Shown here: piece by piece, positions 10,911 to 23,445 of the stretch
How the letters are laid out: each line of letters opens with the position of its first letter
Numbering within the stretch: the first letter of the stretch is position 1
Assembly: GCA_028534125.1 (NCBI GenBank)
Contig: CM052817.1
Coordinates: 79,858,001 to 79,922,000 of the forward strand
Direction of reading: 5' to 3'
Source of the DNA: Lama glama
Lineage: Eukaryota
DNA: 64,000 nucleotides
Position numbers and translations under genes: made by a program
The notes under the pieces: model-generated
What the model saw: the letters and a program-made list of their open reading frames with translations, nothing else
Databases searched by the model: none
Told to the model about the DNA's origin: nothing

Positions 10911-11078
10911 CAAGTCATTCACATAATGTTTCAGCTGGTCAACAATGTCTATAAGGTGACGCAGTCTAATCAAGAGGCGATCTTGCCCTTGAGAGTTCGA
11001 TTTATGGGCCACTGTCCCTGAGAAGATGACCATCAGGCAGATGACTATTCTCTCCATGTTGCCAGGACTGGGTCTCAT
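10911..11078 (-). CDS. IL21: Interleukin-21 coding exon 1 (signal peptide and helix A)
   Basis: Translates [56 protein letters not shown], the recognisable IL-21 N-terminus. 168 nt, ending at donor TTG|GTAAGG. A second in-frame ATG (MERIV) is at 11057. Confidence 0.98.
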
Positions 11079-11345
11079 AAGTGCCAGTGGAGCAAGACCT
11101 TGGTCTCTGTTTTCACTTCAGTCAGTGAACAGGTTGTCAGTAAAGCTACCTATTTATTCATCCTTCAGGGAGAGGTAAAGCCCTCCCATTGCAGCCTGGA
11201 AATCTTTGTAAAATGGATGAATGTGAGTAACTCTTTTTTCTTTTCCACTGGCTAGGTATACGTGTGCATGTGCTAATGCGTGGGGGCAGGGATTGATGGA
11301 GTCAACGAAATGTGCCCCATCTGCATCTTAGACAGGAAAAAGAGA
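11079..11345 (-). promoter_or_regulatory. IL21: IL21 5' UTR and proximal promoter
   Basis: Minus-strand TATA-like AATAAATA (11151-11158) lies ~30 nt upstream of CTGAAGTGAAAAC (~11121), which resembles the recalled start of IL21 mRNA. NFAT cores TGGAAA at 11197-11202 (+) and 11241-11247 (-), AGGAAAA at ~11334-11340, and AP-1-like TGAGTAA at 11224-11230. Confidence 0.75.
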
Positions 11346-12604
11346 CAAATGGGTGAATTCCAATGTTCAGCCTGAATCAAGAAGTGTGCACAGTAAACAG
11401 CAGGTACTACAAGACTTCAAAGAAGTAAACAAAACACTTTGATCTCTCTATCTCTGCCTCCTTTAGCATCTTACCTGTTCCTTCTGACAGTCATAAGGGC
11501 ACTTCAGTAATGAGTAAAGTGGCAACATGTGCTTTTTTGCAGGACTTTTTCTTATGGTAATAACTGTGCCTTTTGACTGAAATCATCCAGTATTCCATCA
11601 TAAATGTAGGAGGAGAGCTACCTTTTAGGAAATTTTAAATAGCTGGGGTATTTTCCAAATTAGCAAGAATAGTTTAGGTTCTTAATCAGGTGCAAGGGTT
11701 TAAAGTAGAATTTGCTTCCAACTCTTCTCCAAAGCATCTTTGAATAACATTAATCTTGGCTTCTAACGTTTTACTTTAAATCTGACTTATTCGTGTTATC
11801 CTACCCCCAATCAAGATCTCACTCAAACGTCATTTTAAAAAACTCCCTAATGTCTGTGTCTTCTATATAATGCATCAGTTAAATGAATGGAAAGTGCTAA
11901 TACTCTTTCTTCTCCAAACCAAAATTTTATTTCAAACAGCAAAATCCAGAAATACCCATAAGTGATCTTTTCCTCTGTAGGTAGTGTTGCTTATCACAAT
12001 ATTACTATTAGATGTTATTTTCTCTGGATATGAACAACACATTTCTAAGTATTACCAGGTAGAGGTTAATAAAAGACTCAAAGTCCAGAAGTGGTTTTAT
12101 CGTCCTCCTCTCTGCTGCTTCTCCGATTCCTGCTACTCCTTACTCATTTGAGAAAGCTGAATGTGTTATTCTAGAATCACTGAAGTAGTGTTGTGCCACA
12201 CTCAGTTGGGTCTTACAAATCAAACTTCTGACTATAGGTTTTATGTATCCATTTATTTATTCATCTATTTCATCACATGCTTACAGCCATACTTTTTTCT
12301 AAAATGTAATTTAGCCAAGATAAATTAGACTTCGGATTTGATTTGCTTTGAAGGTTGAATATAATCTTTTACCACAGAATATCTATTCAGGAGTATTCAG
12401 GTTTGGTCTTACAGAGTAGATTAAATTTCTTACCCTATGATCAAGAAATCTTCACTATAATCATTAAATTCTATAAGGGAGTGAGCTGTGTAAACCCATG
12501 AAATGCTTCTGGCCTGGGGGTTGCCACCTGGTACCTGCGCCATCTTTGTACATGCTTTCCTTATCTGCTAAAGAGATGTGAGTCTCCTTGAAGATACTAA
12601 CCAC

Positions 12605-12810
12605 AGGGGTTAAGAGCTCAAGTTCTAAAGCAAAGTGCTTGAATTCAAACCCAGGCTATAATAATTAATTGCACACATGCCCCTGGATATGTTACTGCAA
12701 AAGGAAGATAAGCATAGAATCTAATCATAGGGTTGTGGTGAGGCTTAAATAGACATTCCAGGTAAAAGGGCCAAGTACAGCACAGGACAGATTCCCAGGA
12801 GATTTGTGTG
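12605..12810 (+). mobile_element. MIR SINE (degenerate)
   Basis: GGTTAAGAGCTCAAGTTCT...AATTCAAACCCAGGCT and TCATAGGGTTGTGGTGAGGCTTAAAT. Confidence 0.55.
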
Positions 12811-13174
12811 CTGACCACGAATGAGGAGGGAGAGGAGAATTTATAGAAGCCTAGAGAGGCTAAACTGATCCAGGGAAGAAAGAGCATGGGTAGGTCAGCC
12901 AAAATGCACGGGTGTGGCTACACTGATCATAAAAAGATCAGAAGTCTTTGGTGCTGCTTAGAGAGAATCTCATCTGGACTCTGGAGAGCATCACCACCAC
13001 CCTAGACACCCCAGTCCCTCCCTGACGCCTCCCAGCCCTCTGCAATTCATCAGCCAATATGCCAGGATCTCCAAGGTCCCGCTCTAGCATCAGAACCCAA
13101 AGACCTTTCTGAAAGTCTGATTCCCTGCTCTAAGTGGCATTTCAGTTGTTAAGCATTTTGAATATCACTGCTGT

Positions 13175-13640
13175 TGTGGTAGGCTGACTAATGGCACCTC
13201 AAAGGTGTCCACACCCTAATGCCTGGAGACTGTGTGTTAACCTTCACAAATGACAAAAGGGACTTTGTAGATGTGATTGAATTAAGGATCTTGAGATGAG
13301 GGATTATTCTGGACTATCTAGGTGACCCAATGTAATCACAAGGGTACTTATAAGAGGAAGGCAGGCCTGTCAGAGTCAAAGAAGATGTGATGACAGAAGC
13401 AGAGGTTGGAGGGATATGGGGCTAGAAGCCAAAGAATACAGGTAGCCTCTAGAAGCTGGGAAAGACAAGGATCAGACTCTTCCCTAGAGCCTCCAGAAGG
13501 AATTCAGCCAATACTTTGATTTTAGCCCCATAAAGCTCATTTTGGACTTCTGACATCCAGAACTGTAAAATAATGGATTTGTGTTGTTTTAAACCACTGA
13601 TTTTGTTGTAATGTGTTACAGTAGCGATAGTAAAGTATGG
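13175..13640 (+). mobile_element. MaLR solo LTR (MLT1C/D-like), ~2 kb upstream of the IL21 TSS
   Basis: TGTGGTAGGCTGACTAATGG start, GGGACTTTGTAGATGTGATT...AAGGATCTTGAGATG, CCTAGAGCCTCCAGAAGGAA, GGACTTCTGACATCCAGAACTGTAA. Confidence 0.85.
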
Positions 13641-16299
13641 ATTTTTTCCTGTTGGAGAAACAGTGGGAAAGAGAGGAAGGGGTGATAAGGAGAGAACTTA
13701 TGAAGGCTAGAATTTGGGCTTTTGGGGGATGCAGGTAGAGGGGAAAGGAATCTTGAAGAAGAGAGGGAAGTAAGATTCGTGGCGCTACCATGGAGCATGG
13801 GATACTAGAGATAAGAACGTATGATGAGGACTTTCCAGGAAGTCTGGCGGTGTTATAACAACTTCTTCCCGGCACTGAGAAGGCTTGCTCAGGAGTGACA
13901 GTGTGTTTCCAAGTTATGGAGCCCAATTTGTATTTCACTTAAATTTATTACTGTCTTGAGACAGACCTCAGGGTGGGAGTAAAGAGGATCAGATTGACTT
14001 GAGTTATGTATTCTCTGCTTAGAAATATTAACTTAATAGCATCATTTCATTGGGGTCTTAAAGGCTTTTTACTCATTAAATTATGATTTTTTTATTTAGA
14101 TTCAGCCAGTCCTGTCCTAACACTTGTATTGAATATGAGAATTTATTTCACCTTGACTAACATACCAGGGAACAATTTGAGTATAACCAGAAATTTATAT
14201 TTCCTAACATGCGATTTTGTCCTCAAGAAATGCTAAGTAAACGCAGAAAACTGCTTCCAGCTGAACCGAGCCTTACAGGAACACACACGATGCACACACG
14301 CCTCAAACACCCACCAGCTGCCTCAGTGCACCCCATGTGTGATGATCCCCACCCCCAGCCCTGTCCACATCTGGGGCTGAAACGATTTTCCACCCTGGGA
14401 ACCCTTCTTACACACCTCCACAAACAAACTTCAGGTCTTTTTCTAGGTAACATGCTGTATTTATTGTAGTATTTGCGCATTTCTTCACCATTTCACTTGT
14501 GCAAAACTGCTGTCTTTTGTATTTGGTTCCTATCATCTTTTTTATGTCACTGACAAAATGTTGGTGTTATGCCTCTAATCTCCCTTCCCTGTAAGCTCTG
14601 TGGTTGTTACTGCATGATTTTACACAGTGGAGTGAGTTTTAGAAATGTGGATGTTACATTTTAGCAGAACTGACTGTGTTTTGTCTGGAAGTGCCACCCT
14701 TCAGCCTCAACAGCATCTGATTACATCCAGGTAAAGAAGAAGACTAGGATGAAGGATTTATTCTTAAGAAGGGAGAGAAAAGGGAGCCAATGGAAGAAGG
14801 AGGAGAAAATGAAAAACAAACTGTTTCTTATTTTCACGCGTGGCCCACCTGAGCTCAGATATTTTAAAACCCCGATGCCGCTCCTCCCCAGTCCTTCCCC
14901 ATTAGCACAGGGGAGCTCATCTTGGCCTCCCTGAGTCTCCTGAAATTATTTGCAAAATTTTGTGTTTATGTTTACGGGAAGAAGAACACCTGATATTTCA
15001 TCTGCTTCTCAAAGGAAGTGTCAGGCAGCTGCTGTTTTTACTTTCTAGGCTACAGAGACTTCTGTGAAGGGCAGTGTGATCCCTGCTTCTCCAGCTGGCA
15101 CATGGCACTGGGCTCGAGTGGCAGCCCCAGACTTGCGGGACAGGAGCGAGACAGGAGCAGCAGTCTGGCTGAAGCCACACTTGCACAGCAAGCACACTGC
15201 CTTTACTTAGTGTCCATGTTTACTGAGTACCTTGGAGTGAGGTAGTGGGTTCTGCTAGATGCATTCTTTCCAGGAATATAACCCAGGTCGTCACCATGAA
15301 AGCATGAAACTTTAGTCACAGACCCAGGGGATTTTATGGCCATTTTTCAAGAATTTTCTCAGATGCATTATGCTTATAGACCACCAGGTCAGGATAGGAA
15401 GAAGGCAGGGAACTGAAGGAAGGCTCCCAGCCAGGGAGAGCAGACTGAGGGTGAGAGGAATCAAGGGAGGAAGGAGTTGAAGTCTGAAAATGAATGCTGC
15501 TAGTTTGTGGTTTTGTGGGGGGAAAGATATGCCGGGTCTAAGACCGTGCTGGTTACTGCGTGTGCCAAGTCCCTTGTCCTGTCTTCCCAGCTCTTCCTTG
15601 TGACCCCTAGGTGTCAAATACTCCCTTTCTGCTTCCACTTGCTTTGGCCCCTTGTGGGTAGAATTAGATGTCCTGTATGGAAAACTCTGGGAAGAGAGAC
15701 CTCTAGGGTTTAAAGTGATGCAACTTATTATAATATGTGCCATCCCAACACGCCAAAAGGATTCAGACAGGTGGCTTATCTGTAGGCTGATCTTCAGGCA
15801 ACCCATCAGTGAGGCTAGAGATCAGATGTCCATCATTCCATGACCCATCAGGCATAAAGGAGGGAGAAAAAAAGTGGAAGACCTGTGCTATTCAACCAGG
15901 TTCTACACTGACCTCATACCACGAGATGTGACAAGTTCCACCAGCCTCCCTAGCCTCCTGTCCAACATCAATGGTCAAAGAAATCCTATTGTCTCTGGAC
16001 TCAGGGCCTGTACTTGAGTCCCTCCCTAGGGGAGGGATGACTGTAAACATCTTCTGCCTTACCCTACAGCTCCTAACCCACGGTCATGAAAATAAAGAAG
16101 TACAACATTTGCCTTTGCTGTGTCCTCTTCCTAAAGTGTCTGCTGAGTTCCTTGTTCATGGGAACCTCCTCCCGAACATTCTCCAAGGGGCGGCGTCAGG
16201 ATCTCAGAGAGAGGAGTCTCCACGCTGAATGAAGCCCTTGTGCGGACAGTTGTTTCTGTTTCTAGAGATGAGGATCATTTTGGAACATTACTACTTTGA

Positions 16300-17230
16300 T
16301 CTTTGAATTTACAAAAGCAGTATATGTGGGTCATTAAAACAAAGAATTCAAAGAACATATAATTGTATAAAGTAAAAAGCAAAATGTAAAATTGCTCCCT
16401 TGTCTTCCCTAATTTTCACTTCCTGGGGGCACTCTTGAGAGTTTACAGTGTATCATTATAGACTTTTTTCCCATGTACAACATAGAGGAATAGATGTAGA
16501 TACATAGAGATTAAAGGAAATAGAATTATATATGGAGAAGGAGGCATATAGAAAAAGAGACATAGAAAAAATGTGCTTTTTTACATAAAAATTTAATTTC
16601 ACCATACATATTCTACAACTTCCCTTTTTCACTCAATGATACGTCAGGGCCAAGAATCCATACAGTGTTCATCACAGGGCTGTCTCATTTAAAGAGCTGG
16701 ATTAATATTCCATTGTATGGCTGCACTAGAATTCATTCATAGTTCTACTGATATTTAGATTATTTCAAATTTTTATCTCCAGCTAACAGTGCAGCACTGA
16801 ACATCCTTAAACATCTGTATCTTTAAGCGTATGTGAGCTACATTTCTTTTAGATTCGTATCCCACATTTTGCTTCCTAAGTGGAAACATTATATCCTAAA
16901 AATTTGGTAGAAACTGCCTCATTGCCGTCCAACGTGTTCTACCAGTTTACATGCCCACCAACAATAGTTTCCTTTCCTCAGTGTTCTCATAAACACTTTA
17001 TATTGTCAATACTTTAAATATTTGCCATTATGCTAAGGCAAGAAAAAAGTAGTACCCTATCATTGGTTTCCCTTTTTTTGACCAATAGTTAAGTTTGGCA
17101 TATTTTCATATCTTTATTATCAGTGGGTTTTTTTTTTTTCTGTGAACAGCCTTGTTCATATTCTTTGCCCACCTATTGGGTTGTTTCTTACCCATAAGGG
17201 CTCTTTTTCTATTAAAAATATGTTGAACAT
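16300..17230 (-). mobile_element. Old L1 (L1ME-like) 3' region
   Basis: Antisense L1 3' motifs: ATATTCCATTGTATGGCTGCAC, CCAGTTTACATGCCCACCAACAAT, TTTTCTGTGAA...TTGTTCATATTCTTTGCCCA. Confidence 0.6.
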
Positions 17231-17989
17231 GTTTAAATTATTTTCTCTGTGGTGTCTTTTGCCCTACAGAGATTTTGTTTTATATTACTGTATCTGAGAA
17301 TCTTATGTTTTATGACATGAGCTCCTACTAAGTATCAAAAATGTCTCACCTTCCATAATAGTAAATGGTAGAAACTGGTTCAGTCTTCCTCTTGCTTGAG
17401 GAATTCTAATACCGAGGAGTCACTATGAATTCAAGAGTGCTTTTAAATGAATTTGTATTTAACTCATCACAAGACTAGCTACATACTTTTTTTGAGAAAT
17501 AATGATACATATATGGTTGAAAATGATTTAGGCAGTTCATAAACAAAGGCCCACACATCAGTGAATTCATGGGCCCCCTGAATGCTGTTTCTTTAGAACA
17601 AAGTTGGATCTGTATATAATTATTATATACATATCCCACTTATACCACACTCAGGGGACAAAGCACTGCAGAATCCTAAAATGGCATGAGCCATCAATTG
17701 TCAGTTGCATTTCCTACAGTTTTAGTGCTGAATGTTTTATTTTACTTGGACTCTTTATATATGGATTCTCTATGTCCAGTGTACATGGTAGCTCTGTGAA
17801 CAAACTGATTAACAAAGTGGAGGACAGGAAAACACAGGTTCTGTGAGATTTGCTCAATGGGCTCAAAAGTTGCCCTGAAACCAGCCTTTAAAATAAAAAA
17901 CAGTTACACCTGAGAGCCACATCTGTGGCTAATAAAGGGCGTGGGGGTATCTCTTTCTGGGAAAAGACCTTGGACCAATTAAAAAGATA

Positions 17990-18170
17990 ACAGTAATAAT
18001 TATTAAAGCAAACACTTATTTAGTTAACTGCTTTACAGATATTATCTCATTTAAAGCAACAACGTGAGATGCAGGTACTAGGATTATCACTCCTTACAGA
18101 TGAGGAAACCAAGGCATACTAAAATTAAGTAACACCGTGAAGTGACTGGAGGACAACTGTCTGCAGAGCT
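17990..18170 (-). mobile_element. MIR SINE
   Basis: ATTATCTCATTTAA...TTACAGATGAGGAAACCAAGGCATAC...TTAAGTAAC. Confidence 0.75.
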
Positions 18171-19409
18171 TGACCACTTCGCAGAGGAAACTGCCCCCAA
18201 TGCCAGTGCCATTGGGTTATAACAGAATAGCCTCTGCAGTTCGTCAGACCCCATAGTGGGGTTAAACCACAATGATAATGCTTCTGACATGGATTTGGAG
18301 TGAGATGAGTTCTTTTGCAAGATTATTCTTGGTGGTAACCAGAACGTAAATGTATGTCTTGTCATAGTTAATTAAATAATCAACTTCCAATCTCAGTTAG
18401 AATATCCAGTTGCGTCTTTCATTTATTTTACCCAGTGACCATCTAGTCCAGTGTAAGATTCAACACTAATTTTCTAGCATTTTATAGCCACAAGAGAAAA
18501 GAGAAAAAAGTGAATAAACACCTACAATACTTCGGATCCATGACTAGCATAAACAAAATCAACCAGGAAATCAGCTGTATTGACAAGTTATGACCAAAAA
18601 TGTGACTAAGTTATTTACCTCTATTTAATCAGTTATTGTTCATTTGCCATATTTTTCAAGCCTTCCCATGGTAATGAGGACATCAGAATACTCATCTTTG
18701 GCTACAGAATGTTTATATAGACACTGAGAGGGAAATCAGTACGGAGGAAGACAAAAGAAACATGCTTATTAAGAAAGCCAACTAAAATTAAGTCTTTATG
18801 AAACTAAGAGATGGATGGCTCAAGAAGCTGAGATGGAGATCAAGAATTAAGTCATCACAGGTCATGTCAGCGTATTTAGCAAAAGTTGTCCTGCTATTTC
18901 TGCCATCTGTAATATGTGCGCCAACTGGAGCTTTAATGGCGTGACAGTGAGGAGGAACTCCCACCCTTGACTTGATTTTTACCCAGCTCTCAGAACCGCT
19001 GCTCTGACCCTTGCTACTGTGTTCAGAGAACAGTTTTTGATGAGGTTAGTGTTCAAGTCAACATTTAGAATGGAGACCTTAACAAATGTAAGGATTAAGG
19101 CACTGAAGAGGTCAACAGTAATCCTGGAGGACACTGACCCCAGCAGGCCACAACCCACATGAACCGCAGAGCCTAGGAGAGCTCTGAGCACCCACCGCTC
19201 GCTCCTTTGGTCTCCTCCTGGCTTTTTATCCAGATCTCTCTGTTCCCCCCTTTTTTGTTGCTCATCCGCTCCAGATTTCTTCACTTTTCTTCTCTCCCTG
19301 GCTTTGTTTTCAGAATTGTATCCCAGTTTTTTCTTGTTCAAATCCTCACACCATGAAATCAAAATATATATTTGTTTTATTAAATAGAGCTTTCTAGTCT
19401 CTAAATAGT

Positions 19410-19569
19410 GTCAGTCCTGTGTGTTTGTGGGTTTGAAGTCCAAGCATACGGAAGGCTAACTCTGTTCGTTGTACTGCACCATTTTATATGAGGGACACGA
19501 GCATCCTTGGATGTTGCTTTCCTCTGGGGCTCTGGAACCAAGTGCCCCACAGATACTGAGGGAGGATTG
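19410..19569 (-). mobile_element. MER2-family Tc1/mariner-Tigger MITE
   Basis: CACCATTTTATATGAGGGACACGAGCATCC...CTGGAACCAAGTGCCCCACAGATACTGAGGGAGGATTG is the reverse of the MER2 terminus. Confidence 0.7.
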
Positions 19570-19856
19570 TGTTAGTTTAAAATAAAACAAATTGAATAAT
19601 ATAGCCTCTCTAGGGAGCAGAGAGAGTCCTTTTTAAATGCCCTTTGCGATCTAATCTTTGGGGTTTTGTTTTGTTTTGTTTCCCTCTCATAAGTCAATGA
19701 TCCTTTTACAAAGAAACAAACAACAGTTTTTGCCTTTTCCTGATTTACGAAAATTAAGTCAGGGAAAACTGTGAAAAAGATAATATCTGCTTAGTATCTG
19801 GGGAAAAGATAATTTAGAGATAGACTATGTTTACTTTCCCCACCTCTAAGGTGCTA

Positions 19857-19990
19857 CAGTTGTACAACGTGGGCTTTCTGCTGTTGGTTGAATCTGTGGA
19901 TGCAGAACCACGGAGAGAAAGGAACCGACTATAAATTGTACAGGGAATTCTGACTCTGGGGAAGGTCGGTGCTCCTTCAAGGGCCAATTG
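19857..19990 (+). mobile_element. Degenerate Tigger2a-like MITE
   Basis: TACAGTTG...GTTGGTTGAATCTGTGGATGCAGAACC...TTCAAGGGCCAATTG; shares internal and terminal motifs with the copy at 35053-35271. Confidence 0.55.
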
Positions 19991-21104
19991 TGCTCTATTT
20001 TAGAAAGAGCTCTCTTGCCTGCATTAATTGTTCTCAGTGTTCAAAGTCCTCAGAACCACTGCAACCATGTTCCTGTGTGGAAACCTCCACTTAGTTCCCA
20101 CTTTGCACATTGCACATAGCAAACCTGAGTCCTTCATGCACACACAAGTCCAGCAGGTACCACCAGGGAGGAAACACCTTGAACAATTTTTATTTTCACT
20201 TATTTCCTTCATCTGCTAAGTTTTATGTGGATAATCCAGGAAGAGAAGGCTATTTGAAAGGTGTATTTTTCCCATAAACATGTAACCAACACACAATAAT
20301 AGTTAATTGAATTTCATTTATTATCAGGTGGAGGCTTCTGAGACAGAGCTCAAGGAGGGTTTCAGGAAAAAGACATTAGAATTTAAAGTCCTTGATAGCA
20401 GAAAGCTTTCTGTGGAACAAAAATGCTGCATCCTTCATGTTCTTCCTCTGAGAGCATTAAACTGCATCTAGGAAGGGTCATGAGAAGGAAGGGTGGTCTC
20501 AGTCACATGTGACAGATTGGAAGGAGTCTGAAGACCAAAGTGGAGGAAGATGAAAAAAGTACATTTAAAGTATGGTCTGTGCAGTGCATGTATTGGGCAC
20601 TGAATAATGCCACTAAGGTGGCATTTGGTGAAATGCCACGAATAAGGTGACATTTCAATAAGGTGAAATTTTACAGGGTTTGAAATAATTAACAAGCACC
20701 CATAGGAGTTTTAGGAGACTCATTATCTTAACTGTGACAAGAAAGTGATATTGCTGCTCTGAAAGGGCTCCTTGGGGTGGGGGTGGGGGCTGCACTGAGG
20801 ATGAAGGGGAGGGAAGGTAGGCAGAACTTTGTGCCTCCTCCACCCCTGCTTCAATCAGAGAAAATCTTCTTTATTAATACATTGGGTTCTGTGTAAGATT
20901 TAATTTGAAAAAAAGGATTACCCACTAGGAAAGAAAAAATAGTTCTAAAATGACTGATGGAGTTCCCTATTTGCAGAGCCCAGGGTGGTAGAGTCACCTG
21001 CTTATGCCAGGTGTTCTGTCTTGGATAAGGAAGCCATGCCACGGTCCACAGGGGGCGTGGAAAGCCCACTTCTGCACTGTGGTTCCTGGGTTGCTAACAG
21101 ATAT

Positions 21105-21400
21105 TTACAGCTAACATTTATTGGGCACATACTGTATGTTGGGCGTTATTCTGATTCTTGTACCTATTCTTTGAGTTGTTACTATATTTCATCAATTCTT
21201 GGACAGCACATTTGTATATTAATATTTTGGAAGCCAGGCTGCCTGTTATAATCAATGGCAACTTAGATTCAGTGAAGTACCATAAGCCACCAAACCCTCA
21301 CATTTGTGAGGTAACTTCTATTGTTATCTATTTTAGAGATGAGAAAACTGAGGCACAGAGAGTTTAAGAAACTTGCTGAAAGTGGCATTTATAAGAGGTG
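21105..21400 (-). mobile_element. MIR SINE (interrupted)
   Basis: AGCTAACATTTATTGGGCAC... and CTATTTTAGAGATGAGAAAACTGAGGCACAGAGAGTTTAAGAAACTTGC. Confidence 0.65.
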
Positions 21401-23304
21401 ATGTGATGGCTACCACTAAATGTCAAGATTGCTATTGACTAGGTGATAAGATGGCCCAGGCTACTTCCTATTAGAGCTGGGAATAAATGATTTTATATGG
21501 GAGCCATGATGAAGGTGGCAATGAATCACAGCCATAAGATGAAATTATGTGTAATTTGTTGGGAAAAAGAAGCCTGAGTCCTACATTTCTATATATTTTC
21601 TATCAACTCTGCCCTCTCTAACTTCATTATTCACAGTAAAAATCATCTGAAATGAAAAATCATTTCATTCATAATGAAAAAGATGACAAGAAGGTTTTTT
21701 GCTTTTAAAGGACATAATTTATGTAAGTCCATTAAAACTATTCCTTGCATATAGCAGGAACTCATTAAATGTCAGTTCCCTGCTTTTTTTTTTTTCAAGA
21801 GCTAGAAACACTTTCTTGTAGATCATAGTTTTAAACTGTCATAGTGGTGGCTGCCACCTCTGCTGTTAAATTTGTTAAATAGTTGTGTAAGCATTGGGGA
21901 ATATTGTGGGTAGATCTTTGTCAATCCCAGTTGATTTCCAAACAGATTTGTAATGTGTAAAACAATTTTCCTGACTACTCAAGAAATAGGAAAAGCATTT
22001 AGAGAAAGGAGGATTGTCTGTAATTTTTTATTGTAAGTTCATTGGAATACCGTGGAGTAAAGACCAAGAGAATTAAAATTAATAGCTATAGTCGGGGCAG
22101 AGTGTCCTGATTGTCAGAAACGTGAATAAGAACAAGACCAACAGGAGAACTCAGTGTGCTTCCGCTCTGTGTGTGCACGAGGTGGGGAAAATACACGGTT
22201 TCCCTGTCACCTAGTGAGAGCCAACGGGCAAATGACGTGAATTCAGCACACGTCACCTAAGAGGTTGTGGCTTAGGAACATGCTGAGTCAATTTGCTACT
22301 TGAGAATTTACATCACCCTGAAGCGGACTTCCCCAAAAGTGGAATTCTGAGCAACCTCATATCCCTACCAGGGGAGAGCAGAGATTTCCTTTTTCCTCTG
22401 TCTGACAGTCCAAATCATGCGATGGATACAGGCTAGACCTCATTCCCTCCACCTACATTTTCCTTTACATAATAACACAGACAGATTTTTCCTACAGCTT
22501 AGTCACTGGTAGATTAAATAGCATTCTGAAAATTAGGGGGCAAGGTGACGAAACTGCTTTCAAGGAATTTTTTTGTCTCTACGTTGAGGATTCTTGAATT
22601 CGTTATTCAGCGATTACCATAAAAATGTACCAGTCTGAAAGATAAAATGGCTTGCTATGTGAGACAGTAAATAGGAAGCATCACAGCATAAGAAAACATG
22701 TGTTGAGCCTGTGTGTTTGGTGTTCTTCTAGATGCTATCAGGTGGTCACTGCCCTGTGAAGACACAAGGCAAACCTTAGTTATACACATACTTGAGAAAA
22801 TAAAAGCAGGCTGGCCTTTATGTGTGAAAATGACACTAAATATGATCAGACAGATGTGTATTTGAGGTTTGTCTTTCAGTTGCACTGAGTTTTCTTTCCA
22901 TAAATTTCTGTAGCACATTTACTGCTGGTGACCCATGTCATGATTTTAAGATGACGAGCATGCTAGAAGTATAGTCTTTGCTCATAAAATCTTTTTGTCT
23001 TTGAGATCTTGATAGTAACTAAAACTACGAGGACTTACTATCATATTATGATGCTTCAGTAAAATTAATCTGAACTTATATGAATCCAGGAAAGGTCAGC
23101 AAAACCTACATTAGTGAAAGATACTAGTAAGATACAGAAGTTACAACAAAATTAACCGGGGAAATTGTGGAATAAGAACTTCAGCTATTTAATATGCCAG
23201 TGGGATTCCTTTAATAAGCTTTGCATTAGAATTCATATTGATAATATTGAGTTAAATTCCTTGGTAATTTTCCCCCTTTTTAGGCAGATAACTGCCTCCT
23301 GCCA

Positions 23305-23445
23305 CGGTGGAGTATGAAGACCCCATGCAACTGTCTTGCTCACTGCTGTCTTTCCGGGGCCCAGCACAACGCCTGGCACAGAAAGGCACTTAATAAGTAT
23401 TTGTCTCCTGAATACATGAATGATTGATTGATTAAATGAATGAAT
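23305..23445 (+). mobile_element. L2 3' end
   Basis: CTTGCTCACTGCTGT...CCCAGCACAACGCCTGGCACAGAAAGGCACTTAATAAGTATTTG...GAATGAAT tail. Confidence 0.75.

Noticed and set aside
21043..21058. CTCF-like GTCCACAGGGGGCGT (and CCACTAGAGGCA on minus near 26470)
   Set aside because: Each needs an indel or mismatches at key positions relative to the CTCF core.
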